From positions 5,162 through 69,161 of the forward strand of contig JAVKSQ010000004.1 of NCBI GenBank assembly GCA_039583615.1: DNA of 64,000 nucleotides. Direction: 5' to 3'. This DNA is from Acidimicrobiales bacterium (GTDB lineage: Bacteria > Actinomycetota > Acidimicrobiia > Acidimicrobiales > QHCF01). The notes beneath the pieces were generated by a model, which made no database searches, was not told where the DNA came from, and saw nothing but the letters and a program-made list of their open reading frames with translations. The position numbers and the translations under genes are program-made. Shown in pieces: positions 10,321 through 19,212 of this stretch (the stretch's first letter is position 1; each line of letters starts with the position of its first letter).

Positions 10321-11301
10321 GTGGAACTTGTGATCGCCCGCAACCCTGATCCCGAGTCCAGCCTGGGCTACCTGCTGCGCCTGCCCTTGGGGGAGGGGAT
10401 GCTGTTCCGCACCTCGGGGACATGGCCCCGCACCAACGCCCTCTACTGCCATCCGATGCCGCTGGCGGAGTGGCCGCCCGAGGCGGAGGTGGTGGAACGG
10501 GTGGGCGTGCGATCGTGCGCCAGGCGAGGAGCAGCGGTCGACCTGGTGCTCGACCGGGGCAGGGAGAACCGCTCCCAGCTGGTCTTCACCGTGGCGAGAG
10601 GCCGGGAGATGGTCTTCTGGCAGACGCCCCGGGTCCGCAAGCAGGCTCGCCCCAAGGTACGCGTCCCGACGGCGCGGGCGGCGGGCATCCCCGAGTTGGA
10701 GATCCTCGTCGACTCCCACGAGCAGTACGCCTACCGCTTCGGCGGCAAACCGGTGCGAACGGTGGCCCGGGCCCTGCCCTGTGGGGACTACGGCGTGGCC
10801 GTCGACGGGCGGCTGGTGGCCAGCGTCGAGCGCAAGTCGCTGGCCGACCTGGTGGCCAGCCTCACCAGCGGCAGGCTGCGCTATGCCCTCGGCGAGCTGG
10901 CTGCCCTGCCCCGAGCGGCGGTGGTGGTGGAGGAGCGCTACTCACGGCTGTTCAGGCTGGACAGGCTCCGTCCGGCCCTGGTCGCCGACGGGCTGGCCGA
11001 GTGCCAGGTGCGATGGCCGGGGGTGGCGGTGGTGTTCTGCGAGACCCGCCCGTTGGCCGAGGAGTGGACCTACCGCTACCTGGCCGCCGCCCACGTGTGG
11101 GCCACCACCGAGCCCGGCGCCCTCCAGCGGTTGGGCGGGGGTGGGGGCGAGCTGGAGGCCGCCCCGGCCGCTCCGGAGCCCTCCAGCGCCGAGGTGAGGG
11201 CCTGGGCCCGGGCCAATGGGATCACCGTGCCCGACCGAGGCCGGCCGGGTCGGGACGTGTGGGAGGCGTGGCGAGCCAGCCGCGGGACCCGAGAGGATTA
11301 G
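10321..11301 (+). CDS. ERCC4-type nuclease fused to an Lsr2-like C-terminal DNA-binding domain
   Basis: 326 aa. Central CGDYGVAVDGRLVASVERKSLADLVAS gives the GDxnERKxxxD ERCC4/XPF-Mus81 signature. The C-terminal AEVRAWARANGITVPDRGRPGRDVWEAW matches the Lsr2 C-terminal domain pattern, including RGR. The N-terminal ~130 aa is unrecognised. Confidence 0.7.
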   Translation: MELVIARNPDPESSLGYLLRLPLGEGMLFRTSGTWPRTNALYCHPMPLAEWPPEAEVVERVGVRSCARRGAAVDLVLDRGRENRSQLVFTVARGREMVFWQTPRVRKQARPKVRVPTARAAGIPELEILVDSHEQYAYRFGGKPVRTVARALPCGDYGVAVDGRLVASVERKSLADLVASLTSGRLRYALGELAALPRAAVVVEERYSRLFRLDRLRPALVADGLAECQVRWPGVAVVFCETRPLAEEWTYRYLAAAHVWATTEPGALQRLGGGGGELEAAPAAPEPSSAEVRAWARANGITVPDRGRPGRDVWEAWRASRGTRED

Positions 11302-11375
11302 GACCCCCCGTGGGAAACGTTGGTGGATCGCCCGTCGCCCGAGCGGCATCCACGACCCGCAGGGTTGGACGATAT

Positions 11376-12944
11376 GTGCGGGGTGTAAAGCGGTTCTTGT
11401 CGTGCCCGGTGGACGGAGCCGAATGCCGTCGGCAGATTCGTGCGCGCCTCGAGCAGCGCGAGCAGAGCTTCCTCCGCATGGTCGATCGGGCGATCTATCG
11501 CAACGCCGCGAGTCCGTATCGCCGGCTGCTCGACTGGGCGGGCGTGGAGTACGGCGACATTGTGCGCCTTATCCATGAGAACGGGCTCGAGGGCGATGCT
11601 CGAGGAGCTCTTCGTGGCAGGTGTCTCGGTCAGTCTGGAAGAGGTCAAGGGCAAGCGCCAAGTAGTGCGTCCCGGACTTGAGATCTCAGTTGAAGCGAGC
11701 GACTTCGACAACCCGCTCGCCACCTGCCATTGGAAGGCCACGACCGGGGGCTCCACCGGCAGTCCGCAGCGACTGAGCGCCGACTTCGACGGCCTAGAGG
11801 CCGACACTGCCTACTACCGGCTCTGTCTCGAGGCATTCGACGGGCTCGACCGGCCTGGTGGGCTGTGGTTGATGGCCCCGCCGGGTATGGCGAGCCTCCA
11901 GCAGCTCTTCCGCAGCCTGAAGATCGGCGAGGGCTTGGAGCGTTGGTGGACGCCCACCCCGTTGTCGTGGCATGGGCCGTCGGCGCGGTATGCGGCGTTC
12001 ACGGCGCTCACTGTGGCGCTGGCGCGGCATGCCGGCAAGCGCGTGCCCTATCCGCTGCACCTCCCTGCCGAGTCGGCGGTGGTGGCGGCGCGGTGGCTGG
12101 CCGAGAGCGCTAGTCGCGCAAGACCCGCGGTCCTCTCTTGCACGGCCAGTGCCGCAGCTCGGTGAGCGTCGCCGCAGTCGACGCCAATCTCGACATCGCC
12201 GGAAGCCTTTTCGTCGTGGGCGGCGAGCCGTACACACCGGCGCGATCAGCAGCTGTTCAACAGGCAGGGTGCTACGCGGCGTCCAACTACTACGTCTCCG
12301 AGCTCGGCCAGATCGGCGTCGCATGCGCCGAGGCGGAGGACATTGACGATGTTCACTTCGCCCGCGACACAGTTGCTGTCATCCAGCGCCAACGGGAACT
12401 GGCCGGCGGGCAGGCGGTCGGTGCCCTCTTCTTCACGACGCTGTCAGCCAGTGCGCCCAAGCTCATGCTAAACGTGGAGAGTGGCGATCACGGGCTCCTC
12501 GACAGCCGATCCTGCGCTTGCCCGGCCGCCGAGGTTGGGCTCACACTGCACGTGCGTGCGATCCGCAGCTACGAAAAGGTCACGGTGGAGGGCATGCAGT
12601 TCTTCGGGAGCGAGCTCGCCACGTTGATCGACGACATGCTGCCGGTTCGCTTCGGCGGTCGGCCGCAGGACTATCAGTTCGTTGAAGATCGAGGCGGACA
12701 GGCGAGCGGGCTCGAGATCGTCGCCAGCCCGAGCGTCGGCCCGCTCGAGGACGACCGGGTCATCGAGGCTGTGCTCGTCCACCTGCGCTCGCTCGGTGGG
12801 GGCCAGCATGCAATGGCCGAGGTGCTTGCCCGAGCGCGGAGCCTCAGCGTCGTGCGCGCCGTCCCGTTCGTGAGCGACGCCGGCAAGACGCCGTATCTAC
12901 GCGTCAGAGTCGTCGGAGGCGGACCGGGTCCCGATAAGGGGTAG
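11376..12944 (+). pseudogene. PaaK/CapK/F390-synthetase-like adenylate-forming enzyme gene, disrupted by two frameshifts
   Basis: One homologous reading runs through three frames. The first segment is 11376-~11598 (…SPYRRLLDWAGVEYGDIVRLIHENGLEG). The second is ~11599-12165 (MLEELF…KATTGGSTGSPQRL…, with an adenylation P-loop-like TGGSTG). The third is ~12160-12944 (…VVGGEPYTP…). Frame changes are +1 near 11598 and -1 near 12162. GC is visibly lower than in the flanks. Confidence 0.5.
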
Positions 12945-13047
12945 GAGTCAGGCCGACCGCCAGCATCACGGCGCGCCGATGGGTCGGCGCGGTTTCCGCT
13001 GTAGGCGCCTCGGCCTCAGGCGCCGCCTGGCAGCCCCGCTCTCGGGC

Positions 13048-14028
13048 TCAGACGCCGCCTGGCGCCAGCAGGCCCATGGCCCGGCTGGCCCGGGTCAGCG
13101 TGACGGTGGCCACCTCCCGGGCCTTGGCCGCCCCCTTCTCCAGCACGGCCTCCACCGCCCGGGGGTCGCCGGCGAGCATCGCGTAGCGCTCCCTCACTGG
13201 GCGCAGCAGCTCGGCCAGGGCCTCGGCGGTGGCCGACTTGAGCGATGCGTAGCTCGTCTGCTCGGCGGCCACCTCCCGGCGGGAGCGCCCTGTCGCCACC
13301 GCCAGCAGCTCCACCAGGTTGGAGATGCCGGGCTTGGCCTCCCGGTCGTAGCGGACGACCGTGTCGCCGTCGGTGACCGCTCTACGCACCTTGCGGGCGA
13401 TGGTCTCGGGTTCGTCGAGCACCCGGATGGTGCCGGAGGGCGACGCCCCAGACTTGGACATCTTGCGAGTGGGATCGGCCAGGTCCATGACCCTGGCCCC
13501 CACCGCAGGGATGGCGGCCTCGGGGACCACAAAGGCGTCACCGTAGCGAAGGTTGAAGCGGGTGGCCAGGTCTCTGGTGAGCTCCAGGTGCTGGCGCTGG
13601 TCCTCGCCCACCGGGACCCGGTCGGCGTCGTAGAGCAGGATGTCGGCCGCTTGGAGCACGGGGTAGCTGAACAGGCCCACCGGGACGGACTCCTTGCCGG
13701 CCGTCTTGTCCTTGAACTGGGTCATGCGCCCCAGCTCGCCCATGGTGGCGGTGCACTCCAGCAACCAGGACAGCTGGGTGTGCTCGGGCACGTGGCTCTG
13801 CACGAACAGGGTGCAGGAGTCCGGGTCGAGGCCCATGGCCAGGAGGAGGGTGGCGACCTCCAGGGTGTGCCGGCGGAGCTGGTCGGGCTCCTCTTCGGCA
13901 GTGAGGGCGTGCAGGTCCACCACGCAGTAGAAGGCGTGGTGGGTGCGCTGCATCTCCACCCACCCCCGAAATGCGCCCAGGTAGCCGCCGATGTGCAGAT
14001 CGCCGGTCGGCTGCGTGCCCGAAAAGAC
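13048..14028 (-). CDS. trpS: tryptophan--tRNA ligase
   Basis: MKRVFSGTQPTGDLHIGGYLGA (HIGH-type) and KMSKS present. Only the last 326 aa of the 636-aa ORF-track entry are TrpRS-like; ATG at 14028. Confidence 0.93.
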   Translation of the reverse strand, partial: VFSGTQPTGDLHIGGYLGAFRGWVEMQRTHHAFYCVVDLHALTAEEEPDQLRRHTLEVATLLLAMGLDPDSCTLFVQSHVPEHTQLSWLLECTATMGELGRMTQFKDKTAGKESVPVGLFSYPVLQAADILLYDADRVPVGEDQRQHLELTRDLATRFNLRYGDAFVVPEAAIPAVGARVMDLADPTRKMSKSGASPSGTIRVLDEPETIARKVRRAVTDGDTVVRYDREAKPGISNLVELLAVATGRSRREVAAEQTSYASLKSATAEALAELLRPVRERYAMLAGDPRAVEAVLEKGAAKAREVATVTLTRASRAMGLLAPGGV

Positions 14029-14127
14029 CCTCTTCATGGCCAGCCAGCGTACCGCCGGTAAACCTGGCGGCTGGGCGCCGGCCGTCCGGTCCCACCTGGG
14101 GGCGCCTTGCGCCGGTAGGGTTGGGCG

Positions 14128-14910
14128 ATGCCCTACGAGGTCAGCACCCCGGTGTTCGAGGGGCCCTTCGATCTGCTCCTCCACCTGGTCACCGTCGACC
14201 AGGTGGACCTCTATGAGGTGTCCATCAGCCGCATCGTCGACGCCTACCTGGCCGAGATGGCTCGTATGGAGGCCCTGGACCTGGAGGTGGCCACCGAGTT
14301 CGCCCTCATCACGGCCATCCTGATCGAGCTCAAGTGCCGCCGGCTGCTGCCTGGCCCCGGTGACGTGGACATGGACGAGGAGGTCGCTGTATGGGAGGAG
14401 AGGGACCTGTTGCTGCGCCGCCTGCTGGAGTGCAAGACGTTCAAGGACGCCGGCGCCCTTCTCAGCCGCTTGGCCGACCGGGCGTCCGCCTCCCTGCCCC
14501 GGACCGCGGGCCTGGAAGAGCGCTTTGCCCACCTGGCCCCCGACCTGCTGGCCCAGGTGACACCCGAGGATCTTCGCCGGGCCATGGGTCGCCTGGTTGC
14601 TCACCGGCCTCGACCCCGGGTGGACGTGTCCCACCTGGCGCCCATCTCGCTCAGTGTGGCCGATGCCATGGCCGTACTGCGGGAGCGGCTGGCACCCCGG
14701 GGCCAGGTCACCTTCGCGGAGCTGACGGCCGACCTGGACGACCATCTGGAGGTCATCGTGCACTTCCTGGCCATCCTCGAGCTCTATATGGAAGGCCTGC
14801 TCGAGCTGGAGCAAGCGGCGCCCTTCGGCACCCTCCTGGTCGTGTGGGTGGGTGAGGGCGTCGCGGCCAGCGCCGCAGCTGGCCTGCCCGCCAGGTCGTC
14901 GCTCAGCTAG
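14128..14910 (+). CDS. scpA: segregation and condensation protein A
   Basis: N-terminus FEGPFDLLLHLV…VDLYEVSISRIVDAYL is typical of the ScpA kleisin. Confidence 0.9.
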   Translation: MPYEVSTPVFEGPFDLLLHLVTVDQVDLYEVSISRIVDAYLAEMARMEALDLEVATEFALITAILIELKCRRLLPGPGDVDMDEEVAVWEERDLLLRRLLECKTFKDAGALLSRLADRASASLPRTAGLEERFAHLAPDLLAQVTPEDLRRAMGRLVAHRPRPRVDVSHLAPISLSVADAMAVLRERLAPRGQVTFAELTADLDDHLEVIVHFLAILELYMEGLLELEQAAPFGTLLVVWVGEGVAASAAAGLPARSSLS

Positions 14911-14914
14911 CCAG

Positions 14915-15478
14915 GTGTCGCCCAGCGAGCAGGCCAGAGTCGTCGAGGCGGTGCTCATGGTGGCAGCTGAGCCAGTCCCCCCCGGCCTGCTGGCCGAGCT
15001 GCTGGAGACGCCCGTGGGCCAGGTGGAGGCCCTGTGCCACCGCTTGGCCGAGTCCTACCGGACCGAGCAGCGGGGCTTCGTGCTGGCCCGGGTGGCCGGC
15101 GGCTACCGGTACCAGAGCCACCCCCACCTGGCTCCGTTCGTGGAGCGCTTCTTGCTGGACGGGCAGTCGGCCAGGCTGTCGGCGGCCGCCCTGGAGACCC
15201 TGGCCATCGTGGCCTACAAGCAGCCGGTGTCCCGCGCCCAGATGTCGGCCATCCGGGGCGTGAACGTCGACAGCGTGGTACGCATGCTGGCCCAGCGGGG
15301 CTACGTGGAGCCGGTGGCGAGGGACTCCGGACCGGGCCAGGCCGTGCTCTACGGCACCACCGACTTGTTCTTGGAGCGCCTGGGCCTGGACAGCCTCGAC
15401 CACCTGCCGCCACTCGGTGACCTGGTGCCGGGACCGGACGTGGTGGAGACGCTGGAAGCTGGCCTGCGCGCCGATTGA
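14915..15478 (+). CDS. scpB: segregation and condensation protein B
   Basis: VVEAVLMVAAEPV…GFVLARVAGGYRYQS…ETLAIVAYKQPVSRAQMSAIRGV. GTG 14915 lies just after the scpA stop; ORF-track start is 14852. Confidence 0.88.
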   Translation: MSPSEQARVVEAVLMVAAEPVPPGLLAELLETPVGQVEALCHRLAESYRTEQRGFVLARVAGGYRYQSHPHLAPFVERFLLDGQSARLSAAALETLAIVAYKQPVSRAQMSAIRGVNVDSVVRMLAQRGYVEPVARDSGPGQAVLYGTTDLFLERLGLDSLDHLPPLGDLVPGPDVVETLEAGLRAD

Positions 15479-16392
15479 GCGAGCCCCCCATCACCGACTC
15501 CCCGGCCCCCGACTCCCCGGCCCCCGACTCCCCGGCCCCCGAGGTCCCGGCCCCCGAGGTCCCGGCCCCCGAGGTCCCGGTCGGCGAGGCCGTCGAGCCA
15601 GCCCATGGAGAGCGCCTCCAGAAGGTCCTGGCCCGGACCGGTTTCGGCAGCCGACGGGCCTGCGAGGAGCTCATTGCCGACCGTCGGGTCCGGGTCAACG
15701 GGGCGGTGGCTCGCCTCGGCCGGCGGGTGGAGGTGGAGCGCGACCAGGTGGAGGTGGATGGCGTGGCCGTCGGCGTCCGGGCCGACCTCGTCCACTACCT
15801 CCTCAACAAGCCGGCTGGGGTGGTGACCACTACCGTCGACCCCCGAGGACGCCCCACCGTCGTGAGTCTGGTGCCGGAGGTGCCCCGCGTGTTCCCGGTC
15901 GGCCGGCTGGATGCCGACAGCGAGGGGCTCCTGGTCCTCACCAACGACGGGGCGCTGGCCCAACGCCTCACCCATCCGTCGTTCGGCGTCGAGAAGGAGT
16001 ACCTGATCGAGGTGGCTGGCCGTCCAGGGCCAGGGGTGCTGCGCCAGCTGCGAGAAGGGGTGCTCCTGGACGATGGCCCGACCGCCCCGGCCCGGGTCTC
16101 CCTGGTTGGCCCCCAAGTGATCCGGTTGGTCCTCCATGAGGGACGCAACCGCCAGGCGCGGCGCATGTGCGAGGCCCTGGGTCACCCGGTCCGGCGCCTG
16201 GTCCGCACCCGCATCGGCCCCTTGGCCGATCGCTGGCTGGCGCCAGGCGGTTGGCGGGCGCTACGTCCCGGCGAGGTGAGGGCTCTGTCCGACGCCGCTG
16301 GGCAGGGCCCCCGTCCAGGGCGGGCACCGGCCACCGGCCACCGGCCCGGGGGGACATCGGGCACTGGCCACCGGCCGGCCCGGTCTGGGTAG
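15475..16392 (+). CDS. rluB: RluB/RsuA-family pseudouridine synthase with S4 domain
   Basis: S4 domain ERLQKVLARTGFGSRRACEELI and catalytic GRLDADSEGLLVLTNDG. The TTG start overlaps the scpB stop (TTGA). Confidence 0.88.
   Translation: MSEPPITDSPAPDSPAPDSPAPEVPAPEVPAPEVPVGEAVEPAHGERLQKVLARTGFGSRRACEELIADRRVRVNGAVARLGRRVEVERDQVEVDGVAVGVRADLVHYLLNKPAGVVTTTVDPRGRPTVVSLVPEVPRVFPVGRLDADSEGLLVLTNDGALAQRLTHPSFGVEKEYLIEVAGRPGPGVLRQLREGVLLDDGPTAPARVSLVGPQVIRLVLHEGRNRQARRMCEALGHPVRRLVRTRIGPLADRWLAPGGWRALRPGEVRALSDAAGQGPRPGRAPATGHRPGGTSGTGHRPARSG
15496..15580 (+). repeat. 15-bp tandem repeat array (gactccccggccccc x3, gaggtcccggccccc x2 plus a partial copy)
   Basis: Read directly. Encodes DSPAP x3 and EVPAP x2-3 at the rluB N-terminus. 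Confidence 0.95.
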
Positions 16393-16404
16393 GCTCCCGG
16401 CCTG

Positions 16405-16773
16405 ATGCCTCCCGCCTTGCGGGCCCTGAGGGGTGCCACCACTGTCGATGCCGATACCGCCGAGCAGGTGACCAGCCGGGTCCAGGCCCTGATCCGCGCC
16501 ATCCTCGATCGCAACCAGCTGACCAAGGACGACCTGGTGAGCATGGTCTTCACCGCCACCGAGGACGTCCGGTCGATGTTCCCGGCGGCGGCGGCCCGGG
16601 CCATGGGCCTGGGCGACGTCCCCCTGATCTGCGCCCGGGAGCTGGCCGTGGTAGGCGCCCAGCCCCTCTGCGTCCGGGTCCTGCTCCACGTGGCTACCGA
16701 GCTCCCACGAGACCAGCTCCACCACGTCTACCTGGAGGGTGCCACCGGTTTGCGCGATGACCTCCCCGAGTGA
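16405..16773 (+). CDS. aroH: chorismate mutase, AroH class
   Basis: 122 aa. LRALRGATTV N-terminus and overall AroH-like size and pattern. Confidence 0.85.
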   Translation: MPPALRALRGATTVDADTAEQVTSRVQALIRAILDRNQLTKDDLVSMVFTATEDVRSMFPAAAARAMGLGDVPLICARELAVVGAQPLCVRVLLHVATELPRDQLHHVYLEGATGLRDDLPE

Positions 16774-17842
16774 CCCACGCCGGGCGGCGGTGGTGGGCAC
16801 CGGGCTCATCGGGGGCTCCATCGGGATGGCCCTTCGAGCCCGAGGCTGGCATGTCAGCGGCACCGACGCCGATCCCGCCCGGGCCGCCCTCGCCCACCAA
16901 CGGGGGGCGCTCGACGCGGTGGGCGACGATCCGGGGGCGGAGGTCGTCTTCGTGGCCACGCCTGTCTCGGAGGTGGCCGCCGAGGCCGCCAGGGCCCTCA
17001 GGCGGGCGCCCCGGGGCCGGGTGGTCACTGACGTCGGGGGGGTCAAGGCGCCCATCGTGGCCGCGGTCGACGACCCGATGTTCGTGGGCGGCCATCCCAT
17101 GGCCGGCTCCGAGCAGGAGGGAGTAGAGGGAGCCGACCCCACCCTGTTCGACGGGGCCACCTGGGTGCTCACGCCCACCGCCGGCACCGACCCGTCGGCC
17201 TACGCCCGTCTCCGGGCGGTGGTGTCATCCCTCGGGGCCGACGTGGTGGCCATCCCGCCAGAACGACACGACATGCTGGTAGCGGTGGTGTCCCACGTCC
17301 CCCATCTGACCGCCGCCACCCTCATGGGGCTGGCTGCCGACGGGGCCGAGGAGCACGCCCCCATGCTGCGCCTGGCCGCCGGCGGATTTCGTGACATGAC
17401 CCGGGTGGCGGCTGGCCATCCCGGCATCTGGCCCGATATCTGCGCCGAGAACGCGGCGGCCATCGTGGCCGCTCTCGATCGTTTGATGGCTGGCCTGGCC
17501 GAGGTGAGGGACACGGTGTCCAGCGGCGACCGGGCCGGTCTGCTGGACCGCCTGGAGCGAGCCCACTCGGCCCGGCGCAACCTGCCCGGGCGCTTGGCCC
17601 GTCCCGAGGAGCTGGCCGAGGTCCGCCTGGCCGTGCCCGACCGCCCTGCCGTGATCGCCGAGGTGACCACCCTGCTGGGCGAGATGGGGGTCAACATCGA
17701 GGACCTGGAGATCGCCCACTCGGCTGAGGGCGACCGTGGGGTCATGGTGCTGGTCGTCGACGCCCGGGCCGCCGAGGCGGTGAGGGCCGCGCTGGTGGCC
17801 AAGGCCTACCGCCCCTCCCTGCAGCCCCTGGTGTCCCAGTGA
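16757..17842 (+). CDS. tyrA: prephenate dehydrogenase with C-terminal ACT domain
   Basis: Rossmann motif VVGTGLIGGSIG, GGHPMAGSE, and an ACT-like LAVPDRPAVIAEVTTLLGEMGVNIEDLEI. ORF-track start is 16739. Confidence 0.88.
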   Translation: MTSPSDPRRAAVVGTGLIGGSIGMALRARGWHVSGTDADPARAALAHQRGALDAVGDDPGAEVVFVATPVSEVAAEAARALRRAPRGRVVTDVGGVKAPIVAAVDDPMFVGGHPMAGSEQEGVEGADPTLFDGATWVLTPTAGTDPSAYARLRAVVSSLGADVVAIPPERHDMLVAVVSHVPHLTAATLMGLAADGAEEHAPMLRLAAGGFRDMTRVAAGHPGIWPDICAENAAAIVAALDRLMAGLAEVRDTVSSGDRAGLLDRLERAHSARRNLPGRLARPEELAEVRLAVPDRPAVIAEVTTLLGEMGVNIEDLEIAHSAEGDRGVMVLVVDARAAEAVRAALVAKAYRPSLQPLVSQ

Positions 17843-17855
17843 GGCTGGTATCAGG

Positions 17856-19160
17856 TTGAGGCCAGGGGCCCGGCGGGCGCTTACCGTCGGGGGCGGACGA
17901 CCGCTGCGGGGAGAGGTGTGGGTGCCCGGTGACAAGTCCATCTCGCACAGGGCCCTCCTCCTGGCCGCCCGGGCCGAGGGGACGTCGGTGCTGCGGGGGC
18001 TGTCGGACGGAGACGACGTAGCCCGTACCGCCAGGGCCATGAAGGTGGTGGGGGCTGACCTCCGCGGGGAGCTGGGGCCGGGTCGGACCATGGTCGTCAA
18101 CGGAGCGCTCGAGCGGCTCGGCGAGCCGGACCAGGTGCTGGACGTCGGCAACTCCGGCACCGCCATGCGACTGCTGGCCGGCTGGCTGGCTGGCTTCCCG
18201 TGGTTGTGCGTGCTGGAGGGGGACGCGTCGGTCAACCAGCGGCCCATGGACCGGGTCCTCGTCCCCCTGTCGGCCATGGGCGCTCGGGTGGATGGCCGCC
18301 GCGGTCGCCGTTTCCCGCCGCTGGTGATCCGGGGCGGGGGTCTTCAGGGGATCGACTACACCCCGCCGGTGGCCAGCGCCCAGGTGAAGTCGGCGGTCCT
18401 GCTGGCTGGGCTGGGCGCCGAGACCCCGACCGTGGTGCGAGAGCCGTTGGCCACCCGGGCCCACACCGAGGAGATGCTGGCCGCCTGCGGGGCGTCGATC
18501 GAGGTGGCCCGCCACGGGCCCGGGCAGGTGGTCCGCCTGCGGCCCGCCAGCCACCTGAACCCGTTCGAGCTGGACGTTCCCGGCGATCCCTCGGCGGCCG
18601 CTTACTGGGTGGTGGCTGGGTGCGTCGTGCCGGGCAGCGAGGTGGTGGTGGAGGAGGTGTACGTCGGTCCCGGTCGAACCGGCTTCCTCGACGTCCTGGC
18701 CCGCATGGGCGCCGACGTGTCGGTCGAGCGCCGAGACGCCACCACCGCCGACATCGTGGCCCGCCACCGCTGTCTCCGGGGCACCCACATCGAGGCAGAG
18801 GAGGTGCCCGGCTTGGTGGACGAGATCCCGGTGCTGGCGGTGGCCGCCGCCCTGGCTGACGGCACCACCACGCTGCGGGGGGCAGGGGAGCTGAGGGTCA
18901 AGGAGTCGGACCGGCTGGCCACGGTGAGCAGCGAGCTGCGAGCCCTGGGGGCCCAGGTGGAGGCCACGGCCGACGGGCTGGTGATCGTGGGCCAGGGCTC
19001 GTTGCCCGGGGGCAAGGCGCGGTCCCACGGCGACCATCGCGTCGCCATGGCCATGGCGGTGGCCGGGATGGCCGGCCTGGGCTCGACCAGGGTGGAGGGC
19101 TGGGAGGCGGTGGACACCAGCTACCCGGGCTTCGAGGACCAGCTGAAGGCGCTGACATGA
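17856..19160 (+). CDS. aroA: 3-phosphoshikimate 1-carboxyvinyltransferase (EPSP synthase)
   Basis: PGDKSISHRALLLAA, LDVGNSGTAMRLL and DHRVAMAMAVAG motifs. Confidence 0.93.
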   Translation: MRPGARRALTVGGGRPLRGEVWVPGDKSISHRALLLAARAEGTSVLRGLSDGDDVARTARAMKVVGADLRGELGPGRTMVVNGALERLGEPDQVLDVGNSGTAMRLLAGWLAGFPWLCVLEGDASVNQRPMDRVLVPLSAMGARVDGRRGRRFPPLVIRGGGLQGIDYTPPVASAQVKSAVLLAGLGAETPTVVREPLATRAHTEEMLAACGASIEVARHGPGQVVRLRPASHLNPFELDVPGDPSAAAYWVVAGCVVPGSEVVVEEVYVGPGRTGFLDVLARMGADVSVERRDATTADIVARHRCLRGTHIEAEEVPGLVDEIPVLAVAAALADGTTTLRGAGELRVKESDRLATVSSELRALGAQVEATADGLVIVGQGSLPGGKARSHGDHRVAMAMAVAGMAGLGSTRVEGWEAVDTSYPGFEDQLKALT

Positions 19161-19207
19161 AGGGGCTGACATGACGGGGCTGACATGACGGGGCTGACAT
19201 GACGGGG
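19152..19207 (+). repeat. 14-bp tandem repeat ctgacatga(a/c)gggg x4, spanning the aroA stop to just before the cmk start
   Basis: Read directly; ATGA recurs at 19157, 19171, 19185 and 19199 (period 14). Confidence 0.95.
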
Positions 19208-19212
19208 CGGCG

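Noticed and set aside
12945-13047. Possible bidirectional terminator between the convergent pseudogene and trpS (GCCGACC…GGTCGGC followed by GGTTTCC).
   Set aside because: The stem is only 7 bp, with a ~22-nt loop and a very weak T-tract. That cannot be told apart from chance pairing in GC-rich DNA.
13048-14958. 636-aa minus-strand ORF taken at face value.
   Set aside because: Only the C-terminal 326 aa (from ATG 14028) is TrpRS. The N-terminal part is antisense to scpA and has no coding features.
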